This document shows positions 1 to 12,400 of a stretch of DNA of 64,000 bases, piece after piece (the stretch's first letter is position 1; every line of letters starts with the position of its first letter). The position numbers and the translations under genes are program-made. Origin of the DNA: Octopus vulgaris (lineage: Eukaryota); the NCBI GenBank assembly GCA_951406725.2, contig OX597817.1, forward strand, positions 173,910,001-173,974,000, read 5' to 3'. The notes beneath the pieces are model-generated. The model ran no database searches, was not told the DNA's origin, and was given only the letters and a program-made list of their open reading frames with translations.

Positions 1-166
1 GCAGGTGGTCGGTCTGCGCAGATGGAACCGCAAATGGCTCGCTATCTCCAGTGACCTCGCACAGGACCATCGAGCGTGGGCCACCATGGTTCGTGATCCT
101 GTCAGGACCAGAGAAGAAGCCAGCTCAACCAGCCCTGGGTGAATACCATCACACGTACAAGTAAGT
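1..166 (+). mobile_element. 3' end of a degenerate RTE-like LINE (different family from the main one)
   Basis: Translates to DLAQDHRAWATMVRD, resembling an RTE ORF C-terminus; ends in a CAAGTAAGT tail. Confidence 0.45.
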
Positions 167-986
167 GATGACAATGATGTTGAGAGAGGTTATATTATTA
201 ATTCTCTAGGTAAGCTCAGGATTAAGAGTATATCTTCTTTTAATCAGAGGACACAGGTGCCAGACGAAACAGATCTGTAACAAAGCTACCCAGATATTTT
301 TCTTAGTTTGCTTCAGAGAATATTATCGTGTGCAATTTCCACAGTGCAAGGCTATTTCTCTGATGACTGTTAGGTCTTGTCTTCATTCCTACATATAAAC
401 CTTTAGTCACTGTTAAATTCTAGGTTTTGCTTCCATACAGCTATGAAAATTAGGTCATAAGTGTACAAGTGTTCCATCAGAAAGCTTTGTATAAAGACCT
501 GTTATCACCTATAATACAGGAGAGGTGGTTGAGAACCAAGCCTTGGCAAACACCTACCTGTGTACTTAATTCCTTGCTGAATTCATTGCTAACTCACACC
601 TTGTTTACAGCATCTCTATCATGGTTCGTATGGTTCCCATAAGCCATTCATCTGTAACTAGTTTTCTTAGCAACCACCAGACTACAACACATGGAGTCCT
701 GTCAAAGGCCATTCTCCAAGACAATGAATGTTAGGTAGAGTAGCTTACATTTATTTAAGTACTTCTCATGCAATTGTCTATCTCTAAATAGAGTGATACT
801 TCAATTTGGCTGAAGACATCAAGTGCACCTCAGCTCAGTTAATTTTCTTTCTCATAAGTTGTGTGATCATTCTTTCAATAACATTAACCTGTTCATCAGT
901 TTGATCTTCTTTGCTCTTGTATCATATATGTATGTATGTGTCTTCTATATATATATATATATATGTATGTATGTGTGTGTGTGTAA

Positions 987-1017
<31 letters not shown>

Positions 1018-1032
1018 CATATATATACGAAC

Positions 1033-2517
1033 AGTCAACCTAGCTAAAACCAAAGTACTAATAAGTAGAAAGTTAGAAAATCCACAAATATCCTCAGGAA
1101 GATGGCCCTGCTCGATCTGTAGAAAAAGGTGTAGGTAGAAACTCTATAAGATGTACCCAGTGTAAGCTATGGACACATAAGAGGTGCAGCAATGTCAAAG
1201 GTAGGCTAACTGGGAAGATAGTTTTTGTATGTGGCAGATGCTCTGGAGCATTGACCTCCGAAAATCTGCAGAAAACAACTTCCGTCACTTTCCGGGGGAA
1301 AAACTAGAAGTAGTTGATAGCTTCCGCTATCTAGGTGACCAAGTCAGTAGTGGGGGCGGGTGCGCTGAAAGTGTAACTGCTAGAATAAGAATAGCCTGGG
1401 CAAAGTTTAGGGAGCTATTACCTCTGCTGGTGACTAAAGGCCTCTCGCTCAGAGTAAAAGGCAGACTGTATGATGCATGTGTACGAACAGCTATGCTACA
1501 TGGCAGTGAAACATGGGCCGTGACTGCTGAGGACATGCGTAAGCTTGTGAGGAACGAAACCAGTATGCTCCGATGGATGTGTAATGTCAGTGTACTTACT
1601 CGACAGAGCGTTAGTACCTTGAGAGAAATGTTGTACCTAAGAAGCATCAGTTGTTGTGTGCAAGAGAGACGATTGCGCTGGTATGGTCATGTGGCGAGAA
1701 TGGATGAAGATAGGTGTGTGAGAAAGTGCCAATCCCTAGCAGTTGAGGGAACCCGTGGAAGAGGTAGACCCAGGAAAACCTGGGACGAAGTGGTGAAGCA
1801 CGACCTTCGGACGTTAGGTCTCACCATGGAAATGACTAGAGACCGAGACCTATGGAAGTATGCTGTGCGTGAGAAGACCCGGCAAGACTAGTGAAGCCAT
1901 AATCCGTGGCCCCTACCTGGGACGTAGTCAGTCCACCTGTGCATACCTTCCTTCTTGTGACACTTGTGAAGACCTGTTGAGGCAAGTGAGAATCGAATCG
2001 AATCAAATCAAATCAAATCGAACCAAATCAAAATAGATGAACATCAATGGAATTTGTATCCTTGTGGTACCAGTGCCGGTGGCACATAAGAAAACCATCC
2101 GAACGTGATCGTAGCCAGTACCGCAACGACTGGCCTCCGTGCTGAGGGCACGTAACAAACACCATCCGAGCGTGGCCGTCCGCCAGCCCCGTCTGGCACC
2201 TGTGTCGCTGACACATAAGAAAACACCATCCGAGCGTGGCCGTCAGCCAGCCTCGTCTGGCACCTGTGTCGGTGGCACATAAAAAACACCATCCGAGCGT
2301 GGCCGTCTGCCAGCCTCGTCTGGCACCTGTGTCGGTGGCACATAAAATCACCCACTACACTCTCGGAGTGGTTGGCGTTAGGAAGGGCATCCAGCTGTAG
2401 AAACACTGCCAGATCTGACTGGCCTGGTGCAGCCTTCGGGCTTGCCAGACCCCAGTTGAACCGTCCAACCCATGCTAGCATGGAAAGCGGACGTTAAACG
2501 ATGATGATGATGATGAT
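1033..2517 (+). mobile_element. 5'-truncated RTE-clade LINE (PHD-RT family), RT C-terminus plus 3' UTR
   Basis: Peptides NLAKTKVL, WPCSICRK, FRYLGDQ, YDACVRTAMLHGSETW, RRLRWYGHV, GRGRPRKTW. 3' UTR ~60-bp repeats and (GAT)n tail; begins right after a (TA)n tract. Confidence 0.93.
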
Positions 2518-2859
2518 ACACATGTATATATATAGTTAGGTTATATTCTGTTAAGAATGCAGTAAAGTACAGTATAAAGCTCATCCACCTCCAGACTTCA
2601 CTCAGTGCTATCCAACAGTAGTGTTATACATACTGCCAGCTTTGCGTTGGGACTTCTGTAATGTGTGATCAGATTACTGAATAACTTGAAGTCAACTGAA
2701 TGACTGGCGGTCAGCAAATGGCAATTTCAAGGGTAACTGACCATGAAGAATGACTTAGCAGTACAAAGAAATAGACTGGCACACCCTTTAATATGAATTC
2801 AGTACTTACCATCCATAGTAAAACGACCTTCCCACTCCACTTATATGTTTAAAGTAGAT

Positions 2860-3530
2860 AGATTCATCAACAGACTTTCAACCAGGTTAGTGGTCCCAGA
2901 GATGCCATCCATGCATAGAGCTGACCAGGCTCACCAGTGCTCTCTATTGATGAAGGTCCCGTGCCAGCCCCTCTGCATCCTCCAAGGTGACATTGGGCCT
3001 CTGGAGATCTTCCCCAATCACATCCTGCCATCTGGTGTGGGGCCTGCCACAAGGCTTCTTCCAGCCTGCAGTTGCTGCATCAAATGAGAGTAAAGCCCCG
3101 GTAGGATGATGATCTAGCAGAAGATGGAGGACATGTCCATACTAAAGCATGCAACGGATAGTTATGAAGTGAGAAGCTGCAGGCTGATGTGTGTGCACAT
3201 ACAGATCCGTGCTGGAAGCATAATGGTTTCTTCTGTTGTTCTCAATGGTTCTTTTATTGAAGCCGTTGATCCTCTTTGCCAGGTCTTCGAGAGGTATCAC
3301 ATTTCTGCTCCACAGAGGGAATTGGAGAGGGTTGATGCATTGTAAATGCAGAACTTCATCTTCCAGCTCATAGAACAGTGCTGCCAAAGGGGCTTCCATA
3401 GGAAGTACATGACCACAGTAGCCAGACCACATCTGTAGCGGATCTCCAGGATCAGGTCTCCACTGTTAATGACAGTGGAGCCAAGGTACATGAAGGGGCT
3501 GACAAACGCCATGACATTGGGGTCAATCAT
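2860..3530 (-). mobile_element. Degenerate RTE/BovB-like LINE fragment (RT C-terminal region)
   Basis: ORF 3297-3542 reads FMYLGSTV...EIRYRCGLA...KFCIYNAS...CGAE, matching the RTE post-RT region; frameshifted. Confidence 0.65.
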
Positions 3531-4440
3531 CATCAGAAGCATTTAATGTCCGTTGTCCATGCTGACATGGATTGGATGGTTTGACCTGAGCTGGCAAGGT
3601 GGAGAGATGCACCATGCTCAAGTCTGATTTGGCATGGTTTCTATGGCTGGATGCCCTTTCTGACACCAACCACTTTACAGTGTGTACAGGGTGATTTTAT
3701 GTGGCACTGCACCAGACTCTTGTAGACCAATTCTCTTCACCACAGAGGGAATGGCCTGAACACTTCTGCTGTGGAGATCAGATCCTCTTGAGTACAGCAA
3801 GGTGCCAGGCATCTTAGTCCCTCGTCATCACATCTGAAAAGTTCAGTGTTATGAGGTTGTCTTTCAGTATTTCATCTCATGTCTTCATGGGTCTCCCACT
3901 TTCAGGTGCTCCATCTACTTCAGGGGTTGGCACACTTTTTTAACTAATCACCCCAAAATATATTTAGTTATGCTGATGTCCTCCTCCTCCTTGATTTGAA
4001 AGGAAGAAAATCATAGATTCTTTAAATTCAAAAGGTTTATTGAATCTGTTTAAATGAATCTATTTGCACGTCCATTACACTGGACGGATGCAGTGTTGCC
4101 AGAAGAAACATTTCTGTCATAACAAGAAACATGTTTTTCATATAATTTTACTTGTGTCTAATGAGTCCTCGTTACCCCCAACAATTTCATTTTTACCCCA
4201 CATTGGGTAATTTATCCCAGTTCACCGACCCATGATCTACTTAGAGAGATTGGCAATTCTTTATGGAGCTGTTAGTATCCATGTGCATCACATGACCAAA
4301 CCACTGCAGTCTTCTCTCTTGCTTTAATATACACACACATATATATATCCGCAGTCACATGTAAAAGGATAAAAGGATATATGTATATATACATATGTGT
4401 GTGTATGTGTATATATATATGTATGTATGTTTGTATAAAA

Positions 4441-4890
4441 TGCAGGTGTGGCTGTGTGGTTCAGAAGTTTGCTTCCCAAACACACAGTTTCGGGTTCAGT
4501 CTCACTAATTGGCAATTTGGCTGTCTTCTATAGCCCTGGGCTGACCAAAGCCTTTGAGAAGATCTGTTAGATGGAAACCAAAAGAAGTCTATCAAATACA
4601 TATAAATATGTGTGTGTGTGTATGTGTGTGTGTGTATGTGTGTGTGTGTATGTGTGTGTGTAAGTGCATGTATGCTTGTGTCACCTCATCTTGACATTAT
4701 GTGATTGTTGTAAATGAATGTCATTCATTTCCAATATTCTACAAAAACATGTCTAGCTATGGAGATTTTACTTTGCTTGGGAAATAGGTAATGGTGAGCA
4801 ACAGGAAGAGCATCAGGCCATAGAAAATCTGACTCAATAAACACTGCCCAACCTATACAAGCATGGAAAAGCTGAGGTCAAATTGATGAT
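4441..4890 (+). mobile_element. tRNA-derived SINE with RTE-like 3' tail (type B)
   Basis: Head GTGGCTGTGTGG...GGTTCAGTC (A/B-box-like), (TG)n hinge, tail GGAAGAGCATC...GCATGGAAAAG...GATGAT like the LINE 3' end. Confidence 0.7.
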
Positions 4891-4907
4891 ACACACACAC
4901 ATACATA

Positions 4908-5922
4908 CATCATCATCATCGTTTAACGTCCGTTTTCCATGCTAGCTTGGGTTGGACGATTTTGACTGAGGGCTGGCGAACCAGATGGCTGCACCAGACT
5001 CCAAATTTGATCTGCCAGAGTTTCTACAGCTGGATGCCCTTCCTAACGCCAACCACTCCGAGAGTGTAGTGGGTGCTTTTTACGTGCCACCGGCACGAGG
5101 GCCAGTCAGGCGGCACTGGCAATGACCTCGCTCGAATCTTTTTTACATGTGCCACTGGCATAGGTGCCAGTGAAGCGACGTTGGTAACGATCTCGCTTGA
5201 ATGGTGCCCTTTTATGTGTCACGGGTACGGAAGCCAGTTGGCTGCTCTGGCAACGATCACGCTTGGATGGTGCTCTTGGCACCCTACTAGCACAGGCATA
5301 AGTGCCAGTAAGGCAACGCTGGTAATGATCATACTCGAATAGCCGCTCTGTCAATGATCACACTCGTATGGTACTCTTTACACCCCGCTAGCACGGATGC
5401 CAGTCATCGAACTGATTTTGATTTTGATTTCGCTTGCTCAACAGGTCTTCGCAAGCAGAGTTTAGTGACCAAAGAAGGAAAAGGTACGCATAAACGGGCT
5501 GGTTACACCCCTGGCATAGGCCACGAGGTTATGGTCTCATTTGGCTTGCTGGGTCTTCTCGAGCACAGCATATTTCCAACAGTCTCGGTCACTAGTCATT
5601 TCCTTGGTGAGGCCTAATGTTTGAAGGTCGTGCTTCACCACTTCATCCCAGGTCTTCCTGGGTCTACCCCTTCCACAGGTTCCCTCAACCGCTAGGGTGT
5701 GGCACTTTTTCACACAGCTATCCTCATCCATTCTCACCACATGGCCATACCAGCGCAATCGTCTCTCTTGCACACCACATCTGATACTTCTTTGGTCCAA
5801 CCTTTCTCTCAAGGTACTTACACTCTGTCGAGTAAGCATACTAACATTACACATCCATCGGATCACACTGGCTTCATTCCTTGCGAGCTACGCATGTCCT
5901 CAGCAGTCACAGCCCATATTTC

Positions 5923-5924
<2 letters not shown>
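4908..5924 (-). mobile_element. 5'-truncated RTE-clade LINE copy
   Basis: ORF 5537-5866 with RRLRWYGHV and GRGRPRKTW; diverged 3' UTR repeats 5075-5405; (CAT)n tail at 4908; flanked by CA/TA tracts. Confidence 0.92.
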
Positions 5925-5980
<56 letters not shown>

Positions 5981-6219
5981 ACAGTATCAGGCTTATCTAT
6001 GCAATTATGTCCCACCGACTTTGTTTCCTCATAACTCCCAGAAAAAAGGATATTTTTTAATGAAATTTTCTACAAATACACTTCTGATGGTATAGATTCT
6101 GATTATATCGGAACGTGTGAAAAACACTTCCGTGGTGGGGATAGGAGTCTCAGAGAATTCATACGAGTCGGCTCTATTTCTTAAAAAATGGTTATTTTTC
6201 GATGAAAATTCCTACCAAT

Positions 6220-6439
6220 GCATTATTTACATTTGGCGGATATTTGTCCTCATCTTGTTTGTTGTTAACACAACGTTTAGGCTGATATACCCTCCAGCCT
6301 TCATCAGGTGTCTTGGGGAAATTTCGAACCTGGGTTTTCATTCCTATCAGCCGAAACGTTGTGTTAACAAACAAGATGAGGACAAATATCCACCAAATAT
6401 AAATAATGTACATAATTCCTCATCTCTTAAATGTAGAAC
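6220..6439. mobile_element. Penelope-like element terminal-repeat fragment with inverted partial duplication, nested in the MITE
   Basis: 10-bp TSD TCCTACCAAT at 6210-6219 and 6440-6449; 6221-6288 is inverted relative to 6345-6408; carries a hammerhead motif. Confidence 0.7.
6267..6312 (-). ncRNA. Minimal type I hammerhead ribozyme motif (core-mutated copy)
   Basis: Minus strand: GACAC-CTGATGA-A-GGCTG(GAGGGTATAT)CAGCC-TAAA-CGTT-GTGTT. Stems I and II pair. The sister half-copy at 6345-6365 (+) has the canonical GAAA. Confidence 0.65.
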
Positions 6440-6985
6440 TCCTACCAATACGTTTCAGAGTGTGTAAGTTACGATTATATCAGAATTTTTATGTAAAAAG
6501 AAAAATGGTGAGCAGGCACACATACGTACTGACACACATCACAATTTCTTTTCAAAATTTCGAATTTCAGTTTCTAGATATATGTCTCGTGTGTCAGCAT
6601 GTACTTGTGCGAGCTCACCATTTTTTTTTCTTCAAATCAAATCGTAATCTACAGACTCTGAAAAGTACTTGTATAATATTACTAATATTACATTAAAAAA
6701 ATACCAATTTTTCTGAAAGGTATGGCGAAACAAAGCCTACTCGTGCGAATTTTCCGAAACACTTCTTATCTATGGAAAAAAAACGTTTCACAACAAATTC
6801 CGATTTAATCAGAATCTACACCATTAGAAGTGTATTTGCAGAAAATTTGATAAAAAAAAAATTCAATCCATTTTTTCTGGAGGGTATGAAACGTAGATGA
6901 GTGGGGCACAATTGTGTAGGTATGCCGTAATTATCATGCATATACAAAGTGGATTTCTTACTATCACCACTAAGATATTGTTTGA

Positions 6986-7022
<37 letters not shown>

Positions 7023-7086
7023 TGCATATATACACCAGCATGTGCTTCGACACGTGATAACTACATTTTACGAATATATGTATATG

Positions 7087-7147
<61 letters not shown>

Positions 7148-7839
7148 TGCACATCAATCATAGAAGAGTTGTCCACCAAACAAACAATCCCGACGTTATG
7201 AATGCTTTAATAAGTAAACTCTACGATCGATTAAAAAAAAAAACGGTTTTTTTCTTTTTCTAAGAAAAAAAATATTTTTGCAAAATCTTAACGCGAAACC
7301 AAAAAGAAATTCTCTGATTAAGTTTGTTGTATTTTCTTAACAGTTGTCTGTAATAAAAAAGTTATCAGCGTGTCGTGAGTTTGGTGAATACGAAGAAAGA
7401 CAGAAGAAAGATTATTTTCAATTAATTTTCCTTCAGCATATGATTATTAAAGAAGATTAAGAAGTGCTCACGAAAGCAAGTTGTAATTGAGTAATAATAA
7501 ATAGAACCTGGTAGCGACTTGACGTGAATCATTCCAATAATAATAGTTTTTGATCGTTGAAAAAGTTTCACAAACGCCTCCATGTTTACATTTGGTGAAG
7601 GGAAACGTACGAACGGTTTCCATGTGGTGACTATGGATGTACATACATGGTTGACTATTCAATAGATTTACAACTTATATGACGTCGAACATTTGTTTTG
7701 AGCAATGCAACTTAACGAGACATCAATGTTTATTACATAATTTTAAAAATAAGAACAAATCGGTAACTTGTAATATCGATTACGTTTCAATGAATTAATG
7801 ATATTAAAGAGAGACGCTCTTCCATCCTAGTGTCGTAAC

Positions 7840-8572
7840 CATGGATACGGCTTCTCTATCAGCCAATGAAAATGAAGTAGTAAACCCAGCTAGGTTTCTT
7901 GCACTGTTATTGTGGTTTGATTTTTTGTATAAAAGTCGCGTATTTTAATACCGCTTAATTTTCAAAACAATTGCAATTTATTCTTTGAGTAATTAGCTAT
8001 CGAACGACATGCAACTTGCCGGGTATTCATGCTTTATTTCTAAAAAATCAATTTTTCTATCACACGTTCTCGCTAACACCATCAAATGTAAACTTGTCTG
8101 TTTATGGAATTATTCATCAACTTTAGAAACATTTTGATTGAAAAAAAGTTACAAAACCTCTCGAATGACATTCTAAGATGATTTTATGGGTTAAATCTAT
8201 CATTTAGAAGTTATTGAACACATTTAAAATCTAAGAAAAACGAAACTCCAAGCTGCCTTCAATGACTCGGTTGTATGTATCGGAATAATTTGCATCATGT
8301 GTGAAGTACGGTGTCGACCAAACATCAGATTATTGAAAGATTGGAATTTTTGTGATATTAAATTAATATTTTTTGATTTTCTGCATTTTGATAACCATTT
8401 ACATGCGCATTGATAAGGTTGAAATTGGCGGGACTAACTGTGAATGCTGCCACGGTAGTTCTTTCATTTCACTTCGGTCTACCATCGGGTGCGGACATGG
8501 CTTGCTGCTGTTAGCTTCACATCTTCAATTTGCAGCAACAACTTAGAATATCTTTATTATAATTTATAAAAG
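7840..8572 (+). promoter_or_regulatory. Putative cyclin E promoter and non-coding first exon
   Basis: TE-free and CpG-retaining. CCAAT at 7863-7867, E2F-type TTGGCGGGA at 8425-8433, candidate donor AG|GTGAAT at 8572/8573. Confidence 0.45.
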
Positions 8573-9017
8573 GTGAATAATTACTGATGTAACTAATTTA
8601 AGATTTAATATTGAAGTATTAATCGCCGACGTGGAAGTTTTTTTTTTTTTTTGCAACAACTAGAGCAATTCATTTTCGACTTAGAATCTGTTGCGGTCTT
8701 GATTATATATTTTTATCATTCCAAAATGTTGAAAGAAAAGAAATTATTAATACTTTATTAACATTCGAAGCCTGTTTTAGCTTTTATTTTTTTAATTATT
8801 AACTGAGAATAGGCGGAAGTGAAATATTTTCTCGATGGGGGACAACTATAAAGCCATGACAACTTTTGGATAGGGGAAAAATTCCACTTCGGCTTCTACA
8901 CATTTGTTAGAATAACGCTCATAGAAGTATCTTAAAATGATTAATTTTCGACAAGATATTCTTTATTTAATCTTCCTAACCATATAATTTCAGATTTACC
9001 GCTGCTGCGGATTGACT

Positions 9018-9403
9018 ATGCTCTGTAGAAGGTAAGTAGATAACTTAAGTAATATTGTTGCCGCCATTTTCGAACCCGTCTTTCTATGTCACTTCATATT
9101 CTTTACAGTTTTAATAACTTTTTGTTTCATTATTTCCAGATCAAAAGTTAAACCTGCCATGAACAATGTGTTAAAGGCTGATAACAAAAAAAGAAAACCC
9201 CAAGATGTAAGTATAAATTTATTAATTTCGCCTTATTGCAACCGGTATCAGTGAAGTTAACGTTGGAGGTCTTTGTTCGCTAAGAAGTTATCAGACAACA
9301 AATGAATGTGATATACGAGTCTTGATACCGATTTTTTTCTAACTTGCAGACTTCTAATGTGACTACAGCGGCTAACAAGAAAAAGCGAAGATATCAAATA
9401 AAG
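9018..9403 (+). CDS. CCNE1: Cyclin E coding exons 1-3 (9018-9031, 9140-9206, 9350-9403), basic NLS-like N-terminus
   Basis: [45 protein letters not shown], with good acceptors and GTAAG/GTAAA donors. Confidence 0.75.
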
Positions 9404-12400
9404 GTAAAATCAACTTAATTTCTTTATTTCACATTTTTTGTAGGTCGTCTTTTAAACTAGTCGTTCTTCGTTCATCGGCAATTTTTGTTTGGCGCCCTCT
9501 CACTTCGTAATCTGCGTTTTTCACCTAATTTTTATTAATTATTTTACTTAAAACCTTTTCTAAAGTGTAATATAAAGTTTAAAGATAACTTCTATCCAAC
9601 TTAATTAAGTACTTAATTGCATGTAAATAATATTCTTTAACTTTTTCCCCCTTCGTCTCCACTTGGTCACTCCCAGTTCATTTGCAATATTTTTCGTGAT
9701 CATTAAGTCGGGGATCGGATTCCTGCATCTCTTAAAAAAGCTTTATTTCATAATTTTTATCTCTAAAATGCTACATCTTTTTAGATATAATTTCTTTTTT
9801 TTTTTTTCATACATTATCTGAAGCTACATTAAATATTTTTCTCGATACCTTAAACCCCTGGACCTTCCTTACACTACGATTGATGATCAATAAAGAAAAA
9901 TCCTCGCTAGAAAATCTTTTTGGATCTTAATCTACAAAATCGTTGTTAAGTAAACTTTATAGAAATTTGCTGTCAGGTTTCCTCTTTTATGTCTTCTAAA
10001 AACTTCTCAAAGGGAAGACAACATTCACTTGATATATGTATGCCACGTCTTAGATATGAAAAAAAGATATTTATTCACTTGTAATACTCTTTTTATTTTC
10101 TCCTTTACAAAGACTCTTGGAGACTCTTACGAAATTCCGTAACATCTTTTTAGTTTTCTTTAAGGTAGAATGACTTAACAATGCTCTTCAAATATATATT
10201 CCTTATCTCGATTGTTTTCTGTTTTCATATAACCCCCTCCCAATCCGTCTATTTTATATATATATATATATGTGTGTGTGTGTGATATATTTATATATTT
10301 ATATATTTATATATAGATATAGATTCTACTTATATATGTGTGTGTGAGTGCGTGCGTGTGTGTGTGTCTTCTCCCCCTCTCACCATCTATTGTAATTTTT
10401 CGAACCTCTCTCGCTCGGCCACAGCTGTATGTAAATTTTGAGGTTCTGATAAAAGAGCTGACAGCTGCGAGCTTATTATTCCGCCAAACATTGCATTTTT
10501 GCGCACTAAAGTGTTTGAGGCGCAAAAGAGGCTGTATGGCTGCAAGTTGTCAGGTAATGGAAAATGTATTCGTGTATGAATTGGTCAGTTTTTAATATAT
10601 TGAACTGGAAAATACATTTCGATTGATTTTATTTTTCTTTTTCTCTTTTTGTAAGCTCCCGTCATTTCTCACCTTAGTTCATCTGGCAAACGCTTAATAC
10701 TAAACGGTGAGGCCGACCCTCCACCACCGCCGCTACCTCGGATGGTCTGTGTATCTAGGTCAATGTTAAGACACCCACACCAGATTGGTACCAAGGAATT
10801 TCTTAAGGTTGCTTGGTTGGCGTTAAGATGTGCTGTAATTGTTTCTGGAGTCTTTCTTCAAATACCTTAATCCTTTATTTTTTTCTTTTAATCTGAGAAG
10901 CCATTTCGCATTTTGAACTTTACAGTTTTTGGTGGGAATGTGAGAAACTTAATTTTCTTTACTTTATGAGTGTCTTTAATATTTCTTTATGCAATTTTGC
11001 CATTTTATTATATTTTTCAGAATCAATGGTTATCGATAATAGATAAACCTATGGTTGCCACTTGTTCCATTGTCCCTGCACCCGAAGATCCTGGTTCAAC
11101 AGCAAGTACCAGTAGACATTCCACCCAACCAGAATTAGTTGGCGGCTCTCATTTTCGTTTTCAAAATTTTCTTGTAACTCCAAACAATGCAAAACATTCG
11201 CCCCTTCCTAAACTCAGCTGGGCTGATTCCCATGAAGTTTGGCAGGTTATGTTGGAAAAGGAACACAGTTATACTAAAGATCCATGTATGCTGGATCGAC
11301 ATCCCTCTTTACAGTCCAAGATGAGGGCAATTTTATTAGATTGGCTTATTGAGGTGAGTTTATGAATCATTAAGAAAAGAAATTGATGATTGCACCCTAC
11401 ACAATTTGATTTTTTAAAAATAGTTTACTTTTGGGGGTTTTGATTAAGTCTTGGAAACTGGTATTTGAAGAATTTTGAATATCCTGTAAGATTATGCTTT
11501 CCAGCTTGTTAACCTGCATACTGTAGCAGTATTTGGGTTGCATAGCTGTGCATATTCAGAAGTGGAATGCAAAGTGCCACTTCTGTAAAGAAACTCAAAT
11601 ATGGATTTGTGTAAGAGGGACTCGTTTTTGGTTTTGTGTATTATGAAGAACTAGCAGCCAACTGATGGAAGAGAGTAATCTTGAACTCTTTAGCTTTCAG
11701 ACTACTCTCTCTATTCCAGTTGCTTATTTATTCATGCTGTTTCGAATTATAAAATTTCAGTGACTTAATAATTTTTTAGAATGACCGAGTTTAGGTGTGT
11801 AAGAGGCTGGATGTGGCTGGTTTAAACATAAAATGGGTAGAATATTTGGGCCAGATGTATCCAGTTTAGATACTAATGGGTTGAGGAATAATGATAGCCA
11901 TGTCATCAGTACTTTGTATTTGGTGTGGCTGGCATTTTGTTGCATGGTATAAAGCAGCAATATGAACTGACTTGTTCATTTAATACTATGAAGCACAAAT
12001 AATTAGCTCCCATAGTTCAGTTTATTGAGGCAAATTTTCTGTGGCTGGATGCCTTTCCTGTTGCCAACCCTTACCTGATTCCAAGCTAGATAATATTTTC
12101 TCATGGCCAGACATGTCTTTGCAGAATATTGGAAATAAACGACATCTATTTATAACAATTGCTCCTTGTCAAAAAACACATTGTGACATAGACAATGGGC
12201 TTTTTTCAGTTTGTCTATCAAGTCCATCGACAAGGTTTTGGTCAGTCCGGGGCTGTAGTAGATATTTGCCCATAGTGAGACCGAACATGGAACTATGTAG
12301 TTGGGAAGCAAATTTAAATATTTTTAGATATATTTAACAACTTACAGGCTTGACTTTTCTCTCCTCCAAACTGTCCTGGAAAATAAATCTACCTTAGAAA

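Larger units (their letters stand above)
5981..6935. mobile_element. Non-autonomous DNA transposon/MITE with ~200-bp imperfect terminal inverted repeats
   Basis: 5981-6180 is the approximate reverse complement of 6730-6935 (AAATACACTTCTGATGGTATAGATTCTGATT vs AATCAGAATCTACACCATTAGAAGTGTATTT). A relic of the same TIR occurs at ~62690-62810. Confidence 0.75.

Noticed and set aside
6897-7263. YIYI/CVCV-rich ORFs here and at 823-1138, 27559-27862 and 43419-43879
   Set aside because: Translations of (TA)n/(TG)n microsatellites.
10656-10807. Cassette coding exon (…[13 protein letters not shown]…) in cyclin E
   Set aside because: Available acceptors (10655, 10677) are out of phase with the flanking phase-0 introns.
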